NCBI GenBank assembly: GCA_004431415.1 | Contig: QPMI01000493.1 | Span: forward strand, 1-64,000 | Length of the DNA: 64,000 nucleotides | Source of the DNA: Cyanophora paradoxa CCMP329 | Lineage: Eukaryota; Plantae; Glaucophyta | Direction: 5' to 3' | In this document: piece by piece, positions 61,401 through 64,000 of the stretch | Position numbering within the stretch: the first letter of the stretch is position 1 | How the letters are laid out: each line of letters starts with the position of its first letter | The notes under the pieces: model-generated | What the model was told of the DNA's origin: nothing | Databases searched by the model: none | The model's input: only the letters and a program-made list of their open reading frames with translations | Translations under genes and position numbers: made by a program

Positions 61401-63748
61401 ACGAGAAAGCCGTACCCGGGTGGGCTCCGACTGACTCGGGCCCGACCTGTGATGCGAACGTGAGGCGGGGAGGCGGGGTACAGGGATCCGAGGGGGGTAC
61501 GGCACCTCGAAGATGCCGGCCTGGAAGAAAAGGCGGGAGCCGCCGCCGGCCGCCACTGTCGTCACCGCCAGCTGCGAGGCGGGGGGAGTAAAGGAGGGGT
61601 ACGGGAATGGCGGCAGGGGTACACACCTGCGGGGCCTGGATCTGCACGCCTGCGGTCTCCGTGTCGAACACATGCTCGAAGCGCCCCGCGAATCTGCCCA
61701 GAGGATTGGGGGGGTACGCAGGAGCAACAACGGAAAGGGGGTACCGCGAGACGTCTGTGGATGTGCCGCCCATCTGAGGGGGGCCGGGCGTGATCAGAGG
61801 AACGGAATCGTGCGTGTGTGTGTGTGTGTGGGGGGGGGGTTACGTCAAAGCCGATGACGGCGCGGTTCGTCTCCTTGGAGAAGGCGGTGACGCTGTACCC
61901 CACCACGCCGCCTGCGCCGGGGCCCAGCCCTCAGCGAGGGCCCAAGCCGAGTCCAGGCTCCTTCGGCAGAGCAAGGCCCGGTCAAGCTCTTAAGCCTTTG
62001 CTGAGGTTGAGCCCGGCCTTCATCTGAGCGCATCTGAACGCATCTGAGCGCACCGGCGGGACCGGAGAGGATGGCGCGGCAGCCTGAGAAGAGGTCGGCG
62101 GGGGTCAGGCCCCCGTCGCTCTGCATGAACTCCACCCGCACGTCCGACAGGCCCCCGCTGGAGGGAGAGCGGAATAGTGAGGGCAGGGTGTGGGTAGACT
62201 GGAGCGGCCGGGAGGCGCACGCGAAGCCGCGGCGGAAGTCGTCGATGTAGGCGCGGATAAGCGGCGTCAAGTACGCTGCGGGGGGAGGAGGTGGAGGGGG
62301 GTACAGCGCCCTCGGGGCGGGGGGCGCGCGCGGCGCACCGTCGACGCAGGTGGTGAAGCCGCGGGGCACCATTCGGACCATCCGCATCGTCGCTGAGCTG
62401 GGGGGGGGGTGGGGGGGGGTGGGGGGAAGGGGGGTCGAGGGTACAGGGGAAGGTTAGAGACGAGCGCGCGCGCGTCTCCCGGGTACCCCGGGCCGGGCCG
62501 GCGGGCGCGCGGACCTGAGAGAGACGTGCTTGAAGCCCAGCTCTGAGAGAAGAGAAGGCCCTCAGAGAAGAGGGGCGAGAGGAGGGGTACGGCGGCGCGC
62601 GGGGGGGTACCGACGGCGATGCGGCCGATGAGCTCCTCGTGGGCGGGGTACGTGTACGCGTGCATGAGCACGACCGCCAGGCTCGTCACGCCGCCCTTCA
62701 GCACCTCCTGCGGGGTACGGCTTCGAGTCAGCTCTGGCGGGAAGTCCGGGGGGTACACGCGCCTCGAGCTGGGCGCGGACGGCGGCGGGGTCCGGGGCCG
62801 TGAGGACCTCGATCCATTCCCCCGTGACGCCCTGGTGCCTCGGCCCTGCCGGGCGGCCCGGCGCCGGGGGCGAGTCGGGCCCCTCCGTGAGCAGCCGGAC
62901 GCGCTCCTCCACCTCGACCACGCGCTCGTAGACGAGCTCGGGGCGCCGGATCACCAGGTCGAAGATCTGATGCGAGCGACGCGGGCTCCGAGTCAGAGGA
63001 CAGCCGAGCTCCAAGTCAGGGGCGAGCGGAGTCGGCTCGAAGGTGAGCTAAGTAAGCGCGCCTTGGGCCGCGACTGATTGCCTGTGCGGGCGGCGGGCGG
63101 CGGTCAGAGGCGGCGCGGGCGGGCGGAGCGGGCGGGGCGGGCGGGCGGCCGCGCCTATGCGGAGAAGGTCGCGGAACCCCTTCGTGGTGATGAGCGCGCT
63201 GCGTACGCCCTTCCGCTCCAGCAGTGCGTTCGTCGCCACTGCGCCGCGCGCGGCGGCCCGCCGGACGGCCGGTCGGTCGGTCGGAGAGAAGCCGCTCGGG
63301 TTCAAGGGGCGCCGCCGGCGGCCGCGCGCGCGCACCGGTCGTGCCCATGCGGATCCACTCGATGCGCGACGTGTCCACAGCGTTCTTCGGCATCTTCTGG
63401 CCCGTCGCCTGCGCGTGCCGGCCGCGTCGCCGCCGCGCGGCCCGGCGGAGCGCATCGCGACGGGGCGAGTGTGCGCACCTCCTCCAGGATGCGGCGAATT
63501 CCCTCGCGCGGAGCGTCCTCATAGTTGGCGGGGTCGACGCTCAGGAGCTTGTACACGCGGTAGTACGGCGGCACGGGGATCTGCGGCGATGCCTCGGCGA
63601 GTGCGGCGAGCGCCGCGCAAGCGTCGCAGCGGCCGCAGACGGCGCGCTGCGACGCCTTTGTCGGAAGGCGGCGCGGGCGGCGGACCTCGGCGTAGATGTC
63701 CGTGAAAGTGCCGCCGCGGTCGATGCTGAATCGGAAATCGCGCGGCAT
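52777..63748 (-). CDS. OPLAH: 5-oxoprolinase (ATP-hydrolysing), hydantoinase A/B fusion
   Basis: [178 protein letters not shown]. Many short exons; stop assumed at 52777. Confidence 0.96.
54050..54285. repeat. (CTAGGAC)n / CTAGCT intronic repeat
   Basis: Repeated TAGGACC units with CTAGCTCTAAAT spacers in an OPLAH intron. Confidence 0.9.
55423..55476. repeat. (ATCT)n microsatellite
   Basis: Perfect ATCT run in an OPLAH intron. Confidence 0.95.
58826..59187. repeat. 103-bp tandem repeat, about 3.5 copies, in an OPLAH intron
   Basis: CTCTAGCCAGCCGCCCGTCCAG... restarts at 58826, 58929, 59032 and (degenerate) 59135. Confidence 0.95.
59770..60030. repeat. Degenerate intronic minisatellite
   Basis: Repeated GGGGTATCTAGCCCCGTCCCCGCGCTGGGAAGCCC and fragments of it. 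Confidence 0.85.
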
Positions 63749-64000
63749 CGCTGCTCAAGCTCAGCAGCTGGAGGGGTACGGTGAAGGCTTTTAATGCAGG
63801 TTCGGCTCCCTCGGATGCAACTTTAATTTGCTCGGCGCCCCACTGGGCCGGGCGCCCGGCCATATATGCATCATGGCATGAGTTGCGCGGCACTGCGGCA
63901 GCATGCTATATTAGCTCGTCATCGCAGACTCGAGCTCATAGGGTGCGCATGCGCCGTGGCGGTTACGTATACGTATACGGGCGTAAATTTAAAATTACCT

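Noticed and set aside
63939-64000. Possible start of another TAGGG-type element at the window edge
   Set aside because: Too little sequence to see a partner TIR or TSD.

Overview
GC-rich, very intron-dense eukaryotic (protist/algal-type) genomic DNA with short introns and several GC-AG introns. The style resembles a glaucophyte such as Cyanophora, but that is only an impression. The ORF track is mostly uninformative because genes must be spliced. Main content: (1) gene A (+, ~2.7-23.3 kb), a giant predicted membrane protein: signal peptide, 5 LamG/concanavalin-A-like domains, an unrecognised middle region, a long Cys-rich repeat stalk and a C-terminal 3-TM module with DEG/ENaC/PAC-like topology; (2) gene B (-, ~46.35-27.97 kb), an inverted paralogue with about 11 LamG domains (3 extra N-terminal ones and an internal ~4 kb tandem duplication), whose homology to A stops after the first Cys repeat; (3) between them, a 5'-truncated cyclic-nucleotide phosphodiesterase and hAT- and Tc1/mariner-like MITEs; (4) a two-domain WCPHC thioredoxin/PDI-like gene with a Lys/Ala/Pro linker; (5) a complete 5-oxoprolinase gene (-). 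Many frameshifts in A and B fall in G/C homopolymers and look like long-read consensus errors, so gene versus pseudogene status cannot be settled here. The best candidate for an undescribed system is the A/B pair: a lectin-domain receptor fused to a putative ion-channel module, with hypervariable LamG loops and a possibly secreted paralogue.
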